Assembly (NCBI RefSeq): GCF_006345805.1
Contig: NC_043006.1
Span: forward strand, 92,876,001 to 92,940,000
Reading direction: 5' to 3'
Source of the DNA: Octopus sinensis
Lineage: Eukaryota
DNA: 64,000 nucleotides
Positions 1-13,599 of the stretch are shown piece by piece. The stretch's first letter is position 1; every line of letters starts with the position of its first letter. The position numbers and the translations under genes were made by a program. The notes under the pieces are model-generated. The model was given only the letters and a program-made list of their open reading frames with translations, was not told the origin of the DNA and did not search any database.

Positions 1-1030
1 AGCTGCCTAACACAGTTACTGCAACACTATGACTGGGTGTTAAAACAGCTACTAAATGGCTCAAATGTGGATGTGATATAACTCGACTTTGGAAAAGCCT
101 TTGATAAAGTCGACCACGGTATGATTTATCACAAACTGCGTGGTCTCGACATAGGCGGAAAACTTGGAGAGTGGCTGCACAACTTCCTAAAAGATAGAAG
201 GCAGGCAGTTGTGACCAATGGAGCCACCTCCAAGGAAACACAAATAACAAGTGGTGTTCCACAGGTCACTGTCTTGGGGCCACTGCTGTTCATAGTGGCC
301 CTTCCATATTACTAATTTGGTGACAAAATGCAGACGGCTAGCTGGGTGGATTCTCCGAACTTTCAGAACAAGAGAGAAGGAGACACTGATGGTCCTGTGG
401 AAAACTTTTGTCCTCAGCCGCTTGGACTACTGCTCCCAACTATGGTCACCACACAATGTAAAACTAACAGCAGAACTCGAAGCAATTCAAAGAAGCTACA
501 CAAAGAAGATCGTCTCAATACAACATATCTACTGGGAAAGACTGAAATTATTAGAACTCTTCTCCCTACAGTGAAGGCGGGAGAGATATGTGGTGATATA
601 CGTCTGGAAAATCCTGGAGGGTCTTGTCCCAAACTTTGGCATTCAAAGTTACTCTAACCGCAGAACGGGGCGCCACTGCATGGTGCCAAAGATTCCAACA
701 TCACCATCAAAATACAGGACCAGATACTGTAACAGCTTGGGTTTCAGAGGACCACAGCTCTTTAACATACTCCCTAAATGCCTGAGAGACTTGCATGGTG
801 TGGATGTGGGTTTCTTTAAAACTAAACTGGATCGCTTCTTGTCGAGGGTCCCAGATGAACCTACCTCACGACAGGAGACACAAATGCGGGCAGCGGCATC
901 GAACTTCCTTGCTGACCAAGTGCCACGTATCAGAGGTGGATTCACATATTAATGTAGCTCATTCAGCGGTGGTGCCCCAGCATGGCCGCAGCCCTCTGGG
1001 TGAAACATTTTTAAGGATTTGAGGATTTAT
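1..1030 (+). mobile_element. CR1/L2-group non-LTR retrotransposon, 3' part (cut by window edge), degenerate
   Basis: RT motifs DFGKAFDKVDH and SGVPQvTVLGPLLF. The YADD region is missing (apparent deletion near 305). C-terminal SRLDYCSQLWSP...YWERLKLLELFSLQ...IYVWKILEGLVPN lies in shifted frames. 3' UTR ends in a stem-loop and (t)aaggatt/tgaggatt repeats. Confidence 0.9.
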
Positions 1031-1444
1031 ACATATATATATATATACACATACACATATATACATGTATATATATGCATATATATATATACATATATAC
1101 ATGTATATATATACATGTATATATATACATGTATATATATACATGTATATATACATATATAGAATATTTGAAAAAACACCTTTTATCAATTCAATATTGA
1201 ATAATTAAATTACACCATCTAGAAAATTACATATAATAGAAAAGTTAAAATTAAAATAACAATTAAAAAGTAAAGATTAAGTAAATTACAAAAATAATAT
1301 AATGTATATAATAGGTAGAAAAATGACACGTGTTTCGCTGCTATATTTAAGAAATGATTATCACTTGCATATAAATATAGTCGCCCATCAGGTTAAAAAT
1401 ATAATAGAGCAATTAATTAATAAATATACTTTAATATATATATA

Positions 1445-1491
<47 letters not shown>

Positions 1492-2083
1492 ATATGTATA
1501 TGAAAATTCTAAGTATACATAACCGAAAAATAAAATAATACTTCAATAATTAAATACTTTAAAATTAAATAAAATACACATATCTATTACAAGTCATTAA
1601 ATTGTAATCAAAATAAGAAATGTGTCAAATTTAGACAAACTCCTTACATAAGCTAACCATATAATAGATATAAATTGTAGTATCTTTAGATTTAATATAA
1701 CAATCTATAATAAAATAGACTAAATATCAAATAATATAATACCTAATTAACTTCAATTTAGTATTACAAATACATAATCCACCTATATATCAATAACTAG
1801 TATAATATATTATAATATATATATATATATATATATAATAGCGAGAATAATATGTTAATGGAAAGTAAGAAACCTATCAACCCCAATTTCAAGAAAGGTG
1901 CTAAAATATTCAAACCAAAGAACAATATACTATGAAGATGTACAATCACAATCACCAGTCGTCTACCAAACCTGTCAATATTATTAACAATAATAAAAAC
2001 GATCAATGTCAAAATAATACCAAGAACTAACTAATATTAATAAGCAAACTAAATTACTGTGTTCAACGATTCTGATTAATCTA

Positions 2084-3370
2084 CGAGGGGCGTTCAATAA
2101 GTAATGCCCCTGACCCACTTCCCATAGCAGTAGAGCAACGAAACTTGGCACAGTTATTAGTCTTTTTCTACATAGGAACCACTCAGAGTTACACATTTCT
2201 CCCATCGTTTGATGCAACTCTGGAGACCGCTTTTGTAGAAGACCCCAGCTTGGTCCTCCAACCACGACGTGACTTCAGAAATCAAGGCTGCATCATCCGC
2301 GAAACGCTTTCCTTTCAAAAACAACTTCATGGCTGGGAAGAGGTGAAAATCAGAGGGTGCAAGGTCAGGAGAGTAGGGGGATGGAGGAGGAGTTCATAGC
2401 CGCACGCCTGTACTTCTGCTCTGGCAACACACGAGTTGTAGACCGGAGCGTTGTCCTGCAGGAGGAGGATGCCTTTGCTGATCTTGCCCCGCCTCTTGAT
2501 TTTGATAGCTTCTCTTAATTTCCTCAAAAGTGAAGCATAATAGGCTCCTGTAATTGTGGTACCCTTTGCCAGGAAATCTGTCATCACTACTCCGTTCTGC
2601 TCCCAGAAGACTGTGAGCATGACCTTGCCAGCGGAGGGCTGCACCCTTGCCTTCTTTGGAGGAGGTGAGTCACGGTGCTTCCACTGCATTGACTGGGCTT
2701 TGGTCTCTGATCATAGTGATGGACCCAGGTTTCATCCTGTGTAATCAGTCTTTTGAAAAATTTTGACTCATCTTCTTGGCACATCTCCAAATTCATCCTC
2801 GAGCACTCGACGCGTTCTTGCTTCTGGAAAGGTGTGAGCAACCCGGGAATCTATCTGGCAGACACCTTTTGCATATGCAAATGGTCATGAATGATAGTTT
2901 CCACAGACCCGGTACTAATCTTGACCTCATGGGCTATTTGGCGAATAATTATGCGTCGATCTTCCAAAATGGCAGCCTCAACTTGACGGACAGATGCCTC
3001 ATCAATGGCAGAAGGGGAGCGACCAGATCTGGGAACTGTTTCCACAGAGTTCCAACCATGTTTGAATTCACGATGCCAGCGTTTTACAAGGTCATATGAT
3101 GGGGCATCATCACCATAAGTTATTTTCAATTCATCAAAAGTCTCCCGTGGTGTGCGTCCTTTCAAATACAAAAACCGGATCACTCGACACTCAACATGCT
3201 CCATTTCACACTTGACTCAGTTCAAACACCTGTATATCAGAAACCACAATTAGTCAGAGCTGTAATTTGCCACTTAATCTATAGAGATATAAATAATTGC
3301 ACATGTAAATTTTCAGCTAGATCAAACAACTGCAAGTGGGTCAGAGGCATTACTTATTGAACGCCCCTCG
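2084..3370 (-). mobile_element. Full-length mariner (DD34D) DNA transposon, 1287 bp
   Basis: 37-bp TIRs cgaggggcgttcaataagtaatgc(c/t)... at 2084-2120 and 3334-3370 with 1 mismatch; TA at 2082-2083 and 3371-3372; internal transposase. Confidence 0.95.
2157..3204 (-). pseudogene. Mariner transposase pseudogene (frameshifted), irritans-like
   Basis: Three ORF pieces give the HTH region, ITQDETWVHHYD, SAGKVMLTVFW and QDNAP. Restoring one deleted base gives HPPYSPDLAPSDFHLF with D34D spacing. Ends YVEKD-stop at 2157. Subfamily call is from recalled motif similarity. Confidence 0.92.
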
Positions 3371-5714
3371 TATCTAGATTTTAAAACGGTAAGCGTCTAA
3401 TTAATCAACTCAATCAATTTCATTCATGAAAATACAATCAAAACTTTGAAAAACTACAAATACACTCAAATCCATTATATACACTCGTTATATCAATATC
3501 CATGTATAAAATCTATAGATTTAATATATCGCACGATAAAAAGTTAAACATAAACATTATATTAAAATAAAAACTAGTTTATTTTTAAAAAAGTACTATT
3601 TAATGAAAATATTATCTAATTATAATAAGAAATAAAGTCTAACCATTATAAATTCTCAAATTAAATGATATGTAAAACGTAAAATCTTTTATAACAATTA
3701 AACATCGGACGTAAAAAATACTATCAAGAAATTATAAATAAATAAAAATATTACATCAAACAAAAATATCAACAATAATAATTATTTCAAAAACACAACG
3801 GTTCAATAATCAAATGAAATAGAAAAACGATAAAATCAGGCTTCGCTTTAGCGAGGAATGAAGAGTAACTGATTTTTTAAAGCGATATATATGTTCTATT
3901 TTTCCATGTAACGTCTCCATGAGTTTTATTTCTTATAGACGTGTAGCAATATTGCTATCTTCACTGTTTGAGAAAAAACATTAGGAATGATCTCATTTGA
4001 GATTACAAACATCTTTGGCTAGTTTAACCTTGTTGTGTCCACTATTCTGATTGGTCAGCATCTAAGCGCGGTCTGTCTCTCTACTTATTTCGCGCCAGTG
4101 TGTAAACTTACCAATCGCGGCTTTCGGATGGGGCTTTTCATTTGAGCCATCTTAACTCTTTAAGTAGGCTGATCATATCACGATTCACTGTCTTTCGGCT
4201 TAAGATATTTTAAGGTCTTGTTCGAAGACCACACAGAGCTTACTCAACCATGTTCCAGTTCGAAAGGCAGACGACAGCCAAGCCAACTATAATATGAAGA
4301 CGCCATTGTAAACCAGCGACAGACATAACGTCATCACCAACATCGTCTCCATCTACGAATATTTCAACTTGTACACAAGATAAATACAGATTCAACCCAT
4401 GCTGTTAGTGTGAAAATCTCACCACGGAAAAACAGTTGCAGTATATATATCTGAAAGAATATCTATATCAAGAGAAAAATATGCACAACAAGTGACTCAA
4501 CTAATCTCAGCTCTGAGACTCAAATCTTGTATAGAACTCATTATCGTGTACTACATGAACTGATAAAATAACTTCATTTTAACTCAAAATGTTGCGACTT
4601 CTCTCATGCTCTGTTGTATTTGCATACACCTTATTTCTGTACTTCTGTCGCACACACGAACTCACAGACACAAATATTATAAGCATGGATTCATGACACA
4701 GCACTACGCTAATAATAACAAATCACTTTGTACACTGTGAATAAAATCTATCTTCTCTTTATAAAAGTAGAACGGTTTTTGGAGTCCTTATTTCATATAC
4801 TTGGCACTGTTTATAAACATGTATTATGGCTTATATAACATTATATTATATTATGTTGGGATGCAGTCGTGCGCTGAACAAGAGGAGAAATATGTCACCG
4901 AAACTCCTCACGTACGGTCGTATTCTAACAGACGCTAAGTATTATTCTTTACGTTTAAACTGGATAACCACGAACTAGACTTCGAAAGCCATTTCAAAAT
5001 GTTACCTCTTATAATCAGAATATTCTAGGCTGTGTAAATTTAATATTAAATGTAATTTCAGAGACATTATATATAGTATTCGGTAAAAACTCATAAACGA
5101 TTTCACGATTATTACAGCCGTCTAACCTTACATCAAAGTATTTGTTGATATTTTCGTAAAATGCATCAATATTGAATACTTTGGCAGTGAACAGTGTTCG
5201 TTACCTTATATATCGATGGCCACAGAGACTTCAGAAAAAGAGGAGTAAGACATCGGCAATGACCAAAACTCTTCCAGCAATGGGAACTTCGCTAAACCAC
5301 GCAAGTGCTATCGTTGGATTGAGCAATAGACCAAAGAAATTGTCCGGAGCAAATACCGTGTGACATCCCGTTTTAGCTTCTGAAATATTCTCAACTGAAC
5401 CATTGCGCACTGGCAGTAAATTTCCATGACCACTAAAGACTGAAAAACAATGAAGCGGTAGGTAAGATTTCAAACGAAAGTGCAGAAACGCATAAAAAGA
5501 AATAGACAAAGTGACAGACGGTCAAAGAGATAGAGAAATCGATCGATCGATAGATAGATAGGGTGTGTGAGATAGAAAAACAGATAAACCGCAAGACAGA
5601 CACACAGGCAGAGGATGAGAGAACATGCTGAAAAATCATTTTGTCCTACGCTCTCGTTATCTTTGTCCTGATGACACAAATCCTGAAAATCTAAGGATAT
5701 TGATTCGGTTGTTA

Positions 5715-6045
5715 GGCGCATGGCTCAGTGGTTAGAGTGTAGAACTTATGATCATGAGGTTGTGAGTTCGATACCTGGACCGAGCTGTATGTTGTCTTCT
5801 TGAGCAAGACACTTTATTTCACGTTGCTCCAGATAACACAGCTGTAGAAATGAGTTGCGACATCACTGGTGCCAAGCTGTATCGGCCTTTGCTTTTCCCT
5901 TGGATAACATCAGTGGTGTGGAGAGGGGAGTCTGGTATGCATGGGTGACTGCTAGCCTTCCACAAACAATCTTGCCCTGACTTGTGCCTCGGAGGGTAAC
6001 TTTCTAGGTGCAGTCCCATGGTCATTCATGACCGAAGGGGTCTCC
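5715..6045 (+). mobile_element. tRNA-derived SINE (family also at 36255)
   Basis: Box A tggctcagtgg, box B gagttcgatacc, then ttgagcaagacactttatttcacgttg shared with 36255-36530. Confidence 0.85.
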
Positions 6046-6809
6046 TCCTCTGTTAGAAATGAGAGAACTAAATTTATGGTATATGTTTTGTCACTTCTCA
6101 AAAGTGTAAAGCCCACAAGACATCCATAGTATTAGCCATAATAATAATAATATCAGCCTAGAAAACTAAATACCAAAAGTTTAGTCTAAAAAAGCCTGAA
6201 GAGATTAATTTAACGTTATCTAGATTTTATATATATATATATCTTCTTAGATGCTTGTATAGTATGAAGGTGGGATATTTCTTAAGAAGCATTCCACCCA
6301 AATTCTGGGCTATTCTCAATATCAGTACCGGACCAACGCCGAAATTCTTCAATTGTAGAAAATCGTGGTTTCACAACGGTCAAACCGTTGTGTGGGTTTG
6401 GCGAAGAGTAAATTATGATGACAATAATAAGACAATGAAATTATTTAAGATATCTTTAATGATTCGATACAATTGTTACTTTACATCTCTGCTTCCAACG
6501 CCAGTTTAAGCAAAACTTCGAAATGAAAATTTATGCAATATTTGCGGTTTTAGACGTCAGAGTGGTATTTTATCAGTCTTGCATTGCGCATGTACCAGAC
6601 GTTGTTATCTTTTCGTTTTGGCTTATGGAAGACGCCCAATGAAATATCGCACCTTTGAAGTATCATTCTCGTGACTAAAATCAGAAACATTGCATAAATC
6701 TTCATTTCGAATTGTTGGGTAAACAGGCGTTGCAAGCAGAGTTGGTACAGAAACGATTGTAACGAATCAAAGATGTGTTAAATAATTTCTTTGTCTTTTT
6801 AATATTTGG

Positions 6810-6857
<48 letters not shown>

Positions 6858-7724
6858 GCGTCAGAATTACAATAAATTTACCTTGTATTCATCTATATGT
6901 TCTTCAAGAAAAAATGTCAGTTTTGGAATTCTCGAAATCTTTTTGGGTTAATCTTTGAATGTACTCCATGTTTTCAGTCCTGTTCGTTTTATGTTGCTAT
7001 ATGAATTTTCATTGACAATGGCTTGACAACGTCAAGGTTGAAATGAATCTAAATGGTGGACGTGTCCCGAAATACATGTATTACAAGGACTACGAATAAG
7101 GTCATCATACTCTACTGTAAAGATCTCCACATAGAATTCAGTGGAATTCGGATAACGCTAATTATTTTTTCTCATTCGAGAATAATTTCACTTAATTAAA
7201 AATTATTTTCGGCTCAGCAATCTAGGAAAATTGCCTGCAATTCAGCATTAGTTATTTGTACAGAAGATTCCCTTGGGAATATTTTTGAATACAATTCTTT
7301 AAATTTGCATTATCAACGAATATTTTATTTGTTGCTCTGAAATCTTGGCAGCAACAGAATTAATAATTCTTTGCAGATTACCAATATTCCAGGATTTTAA
7401 CCATCGTATTTAGAGAGTAATCTTCTTACTCGCTGCATAGGTCCATATTATATTATATATTTAAACCTCCATATATTTATGTATGTTTGCATGTATGTAT
7501 ACATGTTTGTTTGTGTGTGAGTTTGTGCGTGCGCATGACTATGTATTAGTACGTGTCATACAACTATATTTTTACTTAGTGCAATTCTGAGGGAGAGTCA
7601 AATTTATATTTACTGGCAGATATGAACTATGTGCGTATATATATATATATATTCAAAATGTGACCATATTTGAATCGTAGGCGATCTTCTTCCTCCGTCT
7701 TCCCTTTCTATTGGACATTCCCTT

Positions 7725-7759
7725 GTTTCTGACGGAGAGTATTGCTCGAAACGTTAAAC
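7725..7759 (+). ncRNA. Minimal type I hammerhead-like motif with one extra core base
   Basis: gttt CTGACGGA gag tattg ctc GAAA CG TT aaac: 4-bp stem I, 3-bp stem II, loopless stem III, GUU site; core has 8 nt instead of CUGANGA. Confidence 0.5.
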
Positions 7760-7828
7760 CATCTTTCTTTCCTTACCTGAGCGTTTGCTAATACTTCACA
7801 TGTACCACGTACTCACGTTGGATTTACC

Positions 7829-7882
<54 letters not shown>

Positions 7883-8721
7883 TCTATATATACATATATA
7901 CATACATCTATATGTACATATATTTATATACATACATATATATACAGACATACATATTTATTCATATATATATATATATATATATATATACAACTGAAAT
8001 GCGTTTTTATCGCTTGGATCGCTTTCAAGGCCACTACATCTCGTCCGATTGACTCCAACATTTACAGGGACATGTCAAAAATGAGGTGACGATGCCCGTG
8101 GGCTACCTTAGAAATCCCTATCTTAAAAGGTGTCGTTGCTAGGGCCAAAAAACCCACTTTGACAAGTCCACTCCGGTTCTTTAATGTATCTGTCTTCCTC
8201 AACTCACTCTCGCTATTTCCTCTCTTCCCAGCACTTTTTCACTCATTCTATTTCATACATTCCCATTACTTTCATTTCCTCAAACGGCCTTCTTTTATGT
8301 ATCTGTCTACATTCATAGAGAGAATTATCATCGCCATGCCATCGCGTTCTATTGTCTGTCTGTCAACGCGCCGATGGAGCAAATACAAACAGAACACACC
8401 AACCAGCGTTCGTGTGCTGGTGATAACGTAGGTTTTTCGTATCTATTACATTTTAACATTTATTTAGAACCCTGCAAATTTTTCATGATAAATTTTCATT
8501 TTTTACTACTTTATTATTTTTTCTTAAATTGATGCTTTTATTAAAATTAATTCTAATTGTCTAGGTCAACAGTTAATTTCCTCGGAGGATATGGAAATTC
8601 CTATTACCCGTCAGAGAAATAACTCCAGCAGCTATTTCAACAAAGACAAGGTTACCTGCTTACCAGTCGAATTCAGCGTCAACGCTCACGTATGAGAGAG
8701 ACTCCAACACACACACACACA

Positions 8722-8792
<71 letters not shown>

Positions 8793-9597
8793 TATATATA
8801 TATATATATATATAATGTATGCATTATGTGGTCGGTTGAGCTGAAAATATGCAGACCTATGTTGAAAGTGCTCGCAAGTTTGCGTGACCTCTAGGACAAA
8901 ATTCCTCATCTTATAAAATTTGGCCCCAGTAGACCCAAATGAAATCGGGTTATATTAACCAAAATGTGAAAAGGGTCTAAATGGAGCTGGAAGGGGATTA
9001 AAATTTAAAGGAGCGGGTGTTTAGCAATTCTCTGTTACATCAAGCTAAAAAATTTGCGCCAGCCTTTTAATCGTCAATGTGTTGCTGTCCATAATGAAGA
9101 AGTTTTGAATGCTTGCCATGGTGGGTTTACTGTCGTGAGAAAGAATCACTTCAAAACTTGGTGTTTAGGGATTTTCTTTTACATCAAGTTCAAAATTTTA
9201 CGCCAGCCGTTAAACTGTCAAAACGTTGCTGTCCGTCGTTAAGAAATGCCAGCCATGGTGACTCTACTATCCTCAGATTCTATCCCTTCAAACTTTGGTT
9301 TCCAATATTCTATTATTTTTATTCAGCTCGCAAGTTCGTCTGTCCCTTTTAAATGTTAGTGTTTTGCTGTCTGCCTTGAAGCAGATCTTTCCGTTGTCAC
9401 TGTCAGATATTTATGATTGATCTTTCTAAATATTTTCTTTCTCAACTTACTCAAGATATTTTTGTTGTTTATAAATAGGAGAGAGTTAGATAGATAAAAA
9501 TAGAGAGTAAGAGAATGCGAGGGAGAGTCCGAGAGAAAGGAAGAGTAAGAGAGTGGGGAAAGTGAGAGAGAAAGGAAAGAGAAACAAAGAGGGAGAA

Positions 9598-9925
9598 TCA
9601 TCATGATCATGATCATGATCATCATCATCGTCGTTTAACGTCCGTTTTCCGTGCTAGCATGGCTTGGACAGTTTGACCGGGGTCTGGGAAGCCAGGAGGA
9701 TGCACCAGGCTCCAGTCTGATCTGGCAGTGTTTCTACAGGTGGATGCTCTTCCTAACGCCAACCACTCTGTGAGCGTAGTGGGTGCGTTTTTCGTGCCGC
9801 CGGCACAGGTGCCAGGGGGGCTGGCACCGGCCACGATCAGTTGGTGCTTTTTACGTGCCACCGGCATAGAAGCCAGTCAAGGCGGCGCTGCAATCGGCCA
9901 CGTTCGGATAGTGCTTTTTACGTGC
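9598..9925 (-). mobile_element. Short retroposon with RTE-like (GAT)n tail
   Basis: GC-rich island with internal gtgctttttacgtgc repeats. Minus strand ends ggaaaacggacgttaaacgacgatgatgatg. Family assignment is from memory; single copy here. Confidence 0.55.
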
Positions 9926-9961
9926 TGAAAGGAAGCAACAGAAAGTAACAACCACACTCTT

Positions 9962-9993
9962 ACCCGCGCGTAGAGCGGGTCACCTTCAGCTAG
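9962..9993 (+). mobile_element. Isolated Helitron-type 3' end
   Basis: Hairpin acccgc-gcgtaga-gcgggt, then 9 nt, then CTAG followed by T; same layout as ends at 29908 and 38788. Confidence 0.55.
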
Positions 9994-10402
9994 TATATAT
10001 ACATCGTGTTATATTCCGGTTTGGACACATTTGTTTTGACAATTAACCACACGCACTCTATACTTTGTCTTCACTTTAGTTTTATTCTTATTCTTATTTT
10101 GGTGTCTTATGTCTGAAATCTTTCGTCACACATTTACTTCCCTCTCCACCGACTCTCCATCCCACCTGTCTCATGCTCTTCTATTTTGTCACATTCTGGC
10201 ATTCTGTGCTGTGTATCCTTATCTGCCAATGCATCTACGTCGGTATCGTGTGTGTGCGCGTGTCGAAGTCTTTGTTCATGTGTTTTTATTTAGTTATTTT
10301 ATTTTAATTCGTGTATTTACTTCTTTATTTGTCCTTTTCATTCTGTCTTCAATGTGTGTGTGTGTGTGTTGTGCGCGACTCTTTGTGGTTTTATGTGTTA
10401 TA

Positions 10403-11178
10403 CGAGGTCTGATCAATAAGTATCCGGTTTGATGCCATAGAAACGACGCTAAAGCACGCAGAGTAAAGCCGCCTGGCGAATATTGACCTTGAACACTGCT
10501 GTGCATGCACACTAGTTCGCTTCTGCTGTTTATAGTCGTGCTTGGAAAGAACGTGTGTAGCGTGTGAACGTCGCTTTGGCCATAACAGAAAGTTGTAATG
10601 GCGATATCTGCTTAGAGACCTCCGCAAAGTTGCAGGAAGTGTATGGAGAGGAGTGTATGAGCGGAACACAAGTGTACGAGTGGTTCAGACGGTGCCAAGA
10701 TGGCCGAAAAAATGCCGATATTGACGAACTTTCTGGGAGACACGTAACCAGCAGAACTGAGAAAAACATCGCAGATGTACGTGCAGCTGTGAGGGGAAAT
10801 CCACGAATTATCAGAGGATGTGCAGATTAAGTAAGGTTTTCTTCAGTCCATTATCACTGCTGTCTTGATTGTGTTCAAAATGGTGAAAGCGTTTTGAAAA
10901 TGTTGTTTAGGCCTCTGAGCAGGTATCACCAAAATTTTGGAAATTTTGATGCAGATTTTCTGCTCATCTTTTCCTGTCATCGTCAATGCGACAATCACAC
11001 ACTACACACCTTCCTTCTAAGCACTGCTGTGAACAGTGAAGGTGAGCTAGAAGATGCACACCCACAAAAGAGCACATCCACAAAGAGTTCGCGGTCAACC
11101 TGTGTCAAGCAGCTTTACTTTCCGAGCTTTAGCTTCGTTACTATGGCAACAGTCCGGATACTTCTTGATCAGAACACG
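10403..11178 (+). mobile_element. Internally deleted mariner element
   Basis: Imperfect TIRs cgaggtctgatcaataagtatccgg / ccggatacttcttgatcagaacacg flanked by TA. Only the N-terminal transposase HTH (LQEVYGEECMSGTQVYEWFRR...SGR) remains. Confidence 0.85.
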
Positions 11179-11504
11179 TACGTTTGTATCTGTTTTTTTC
11201 TTGAATGTTATCATAAGTATTCATGCTTTCTGTTGAGGCTCGGTTTGTATATTACTATGTGAGTGATCTCTGTAATCACTCTAAGTGTCATGTCGGTTCT
11301 ATGTGTTAATAATATTTTTTATATACGTTATTAACCGGGCCTCTATATTCTAATTGAGCATGTTTGTAGAGCACTGACGAATGCAAATGCAAAACGAATA
11401 TATGAATGTGTATGTATATAATTATATATATATAAATATATATATAATACATTTATATATATAGATGCACATTTACATACATACTTACATACATACATAT
11501 ATAT

Positions 11505-11588
<84 letters not shown>

Positions 11589-13329
11589 CACAGACACTTA
11601 TACATACATATATACAAAAATATACACTCATACAAACACACACACACACACGCACACACATATATATACATATATATATATACAATGATTATAACGGTAG
11701 GATATATTCAGTGCAGCATATAACCCAAGCTTTAGGTTATCTAATCTGTCGGATTATGGATTAATATCGAAATAATTCTTCAGGTGCAGAAGCTGCAAGT
11801 TTCGCAAATATAAAGCTGTTGTGTGGATTTAGCGAACACAAAAAAATATAATCCAAATAAGAGGATAAAGACCGACTTGAACATATTTGTAATAATCAGT
11901 TACAGCTGTTTCTGTACGAACACTGCTTTCAACGCAAGGTCACACAGAAATCAGAAATGAACGCTCATATATCAAAGGTGCGCTCTTACATTGTGCGCAG
12001 AATGGAAGATCGTGGCTCTATCGCATGTAATACGAAGCGACATTTTAATATTTCAAACCGCAAATATTACGTAGATTTTCAATGGGAAATTCTTTGTGAA
12101 TTGAAGTTGATAGCAGAGTTGGTATAGAAACAATTGTAACTGATGATTAAAGCTGGGATAAAGTCTTTCTTTGTCTTGTTTAGATTCAGCCAAATGCTGG
12201 GGCCAAGCTGGAGCAGCGACATTAAGTGTATTTGGATCTATTTCTGTACTGTTTTTGGTGACGACCCCAGTAGGCCGCGGCTGCTCTTCTTTGCGCCTTC
12301 TCTCGAGACGAGGATTAAACCGAGATTTCAGACAGAGATATGTCCAAATGCTTTTAGAATATGTCCACTTCCACACCTCAAAAACCTGTGAGGTTGTTTC
12401 TAGAATGGTTAACAGTTGTGGTCGCCATATATGTATATATATATATACATGTGTTTGTATAAGCAAGGAACTAAGTAAATCATTCTATATCTGTCTGTCT
12501 CTTTAGTTTCACATGTATGTGTGTAGATATGTACGTAAGAATAGCGATTTATCTTTAACTATATGGGCATGTATGTATTTCAATGTAAAAATATAAACAT
12601 AGAAATAAATGATGTTATTGAGAAACATATGACAATGATCTTCAGATGAATGATGTATCATACCAGCTGATCTATTGTCTTGTCATGTATGGTTATTTTT
12701 TCGCGTGTGTTTTGTGTATTTGTTCTATAATTTAGTACATTGTATTTTCTTTGGATAAATTCACCACTATGGAATATATTTTTGTTTGAAGTTTTTTTTT
12801 TATATAATTGTAAAACTTGAAATTTATGACTTTGGCTTCAAGCATCTATTATTTCTTAAAGAAATATTATTACTATTTCACTTTTCAAATATTACTTTTC
12901 TTTTCAGTAATTGTATTTTTTGATTAATTTTAACCTACTGCACATATTTGTAGTTGTAGTCTCATGCTTAGATATAATAGACGAAAATGATAGCATTTTT
13001 AATAAATCATATTCATTTTTGTAGATGTATACTCGATAAGGTGAACATAAATATAGCTAGAAATTTTGACAACTATTATTTGGCATTCTTTATAACGTAT
13101 GATTGTATTTTGGACGTTATCCAGAGGAGGAAACTTAAGGAAATATTTGTTTTCGTTGTTAAGCACTCTTTGTTTGCATGTTCATTATATATTTTTCTGA
13201 TGTATGTGAAATCTTACAGAAGTATTTGTAGATTCATTGTAAAGTGCAAATAATTGTTGAAGTAATGTGTATACATGTGGCTGTTCGGGAAGCCGAAGCC
13301 GAACCATGATACGTAGTCTAATGACGGGA

Positions 13330-13443
13330 GAAATATATATATACATACATGTGTATATATATATATATACATGTGCATATATATATATATATACATACAT
13401 GTGTATATATATATATACATGTGCATATATATATATACATACA

Positions 13444-13513
<70 letters not shown>

Positions 13514-13570
13514 TACAAACACACACACACACACACACACAAACACATATATATATATGTGTGTGCGCGT
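13330..13570. repeat. Compound (TA)n/(CA)n/TACA microsatellite
   Basis: Direct reading; source of several YIYI ORFs. Confidence 0.95.
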
Positions 13571-13599
13571 GTGCGAGAGTAATTGTGGACAGCAACTTA

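Noticed and set aside
3907-4820. Possible solo LTR (TGTAAC...ACA, CCAAT boxes, AATAAA)
   Set aside because: There is no matching 4-6 bp TSD and no second copy or internal domain in the window.
6880-7440. Coding-like minus-strand text (also 17540-17700, 21340-21540, 22100-22320)
   Set aside because: Frequent stops and frameshifts, no recognisable motif, and no way to run a homology search.
11895-11935. GAAA-CAGCTG-TA half-hammerhead on the minus strand
   Set aside because: No CUGANGA box precedes the putative stem II.
12140-12410. Possible RTE LINE C-terminal relic
   Set aside because: Only a vague basic-patch similarity; not enough to call.
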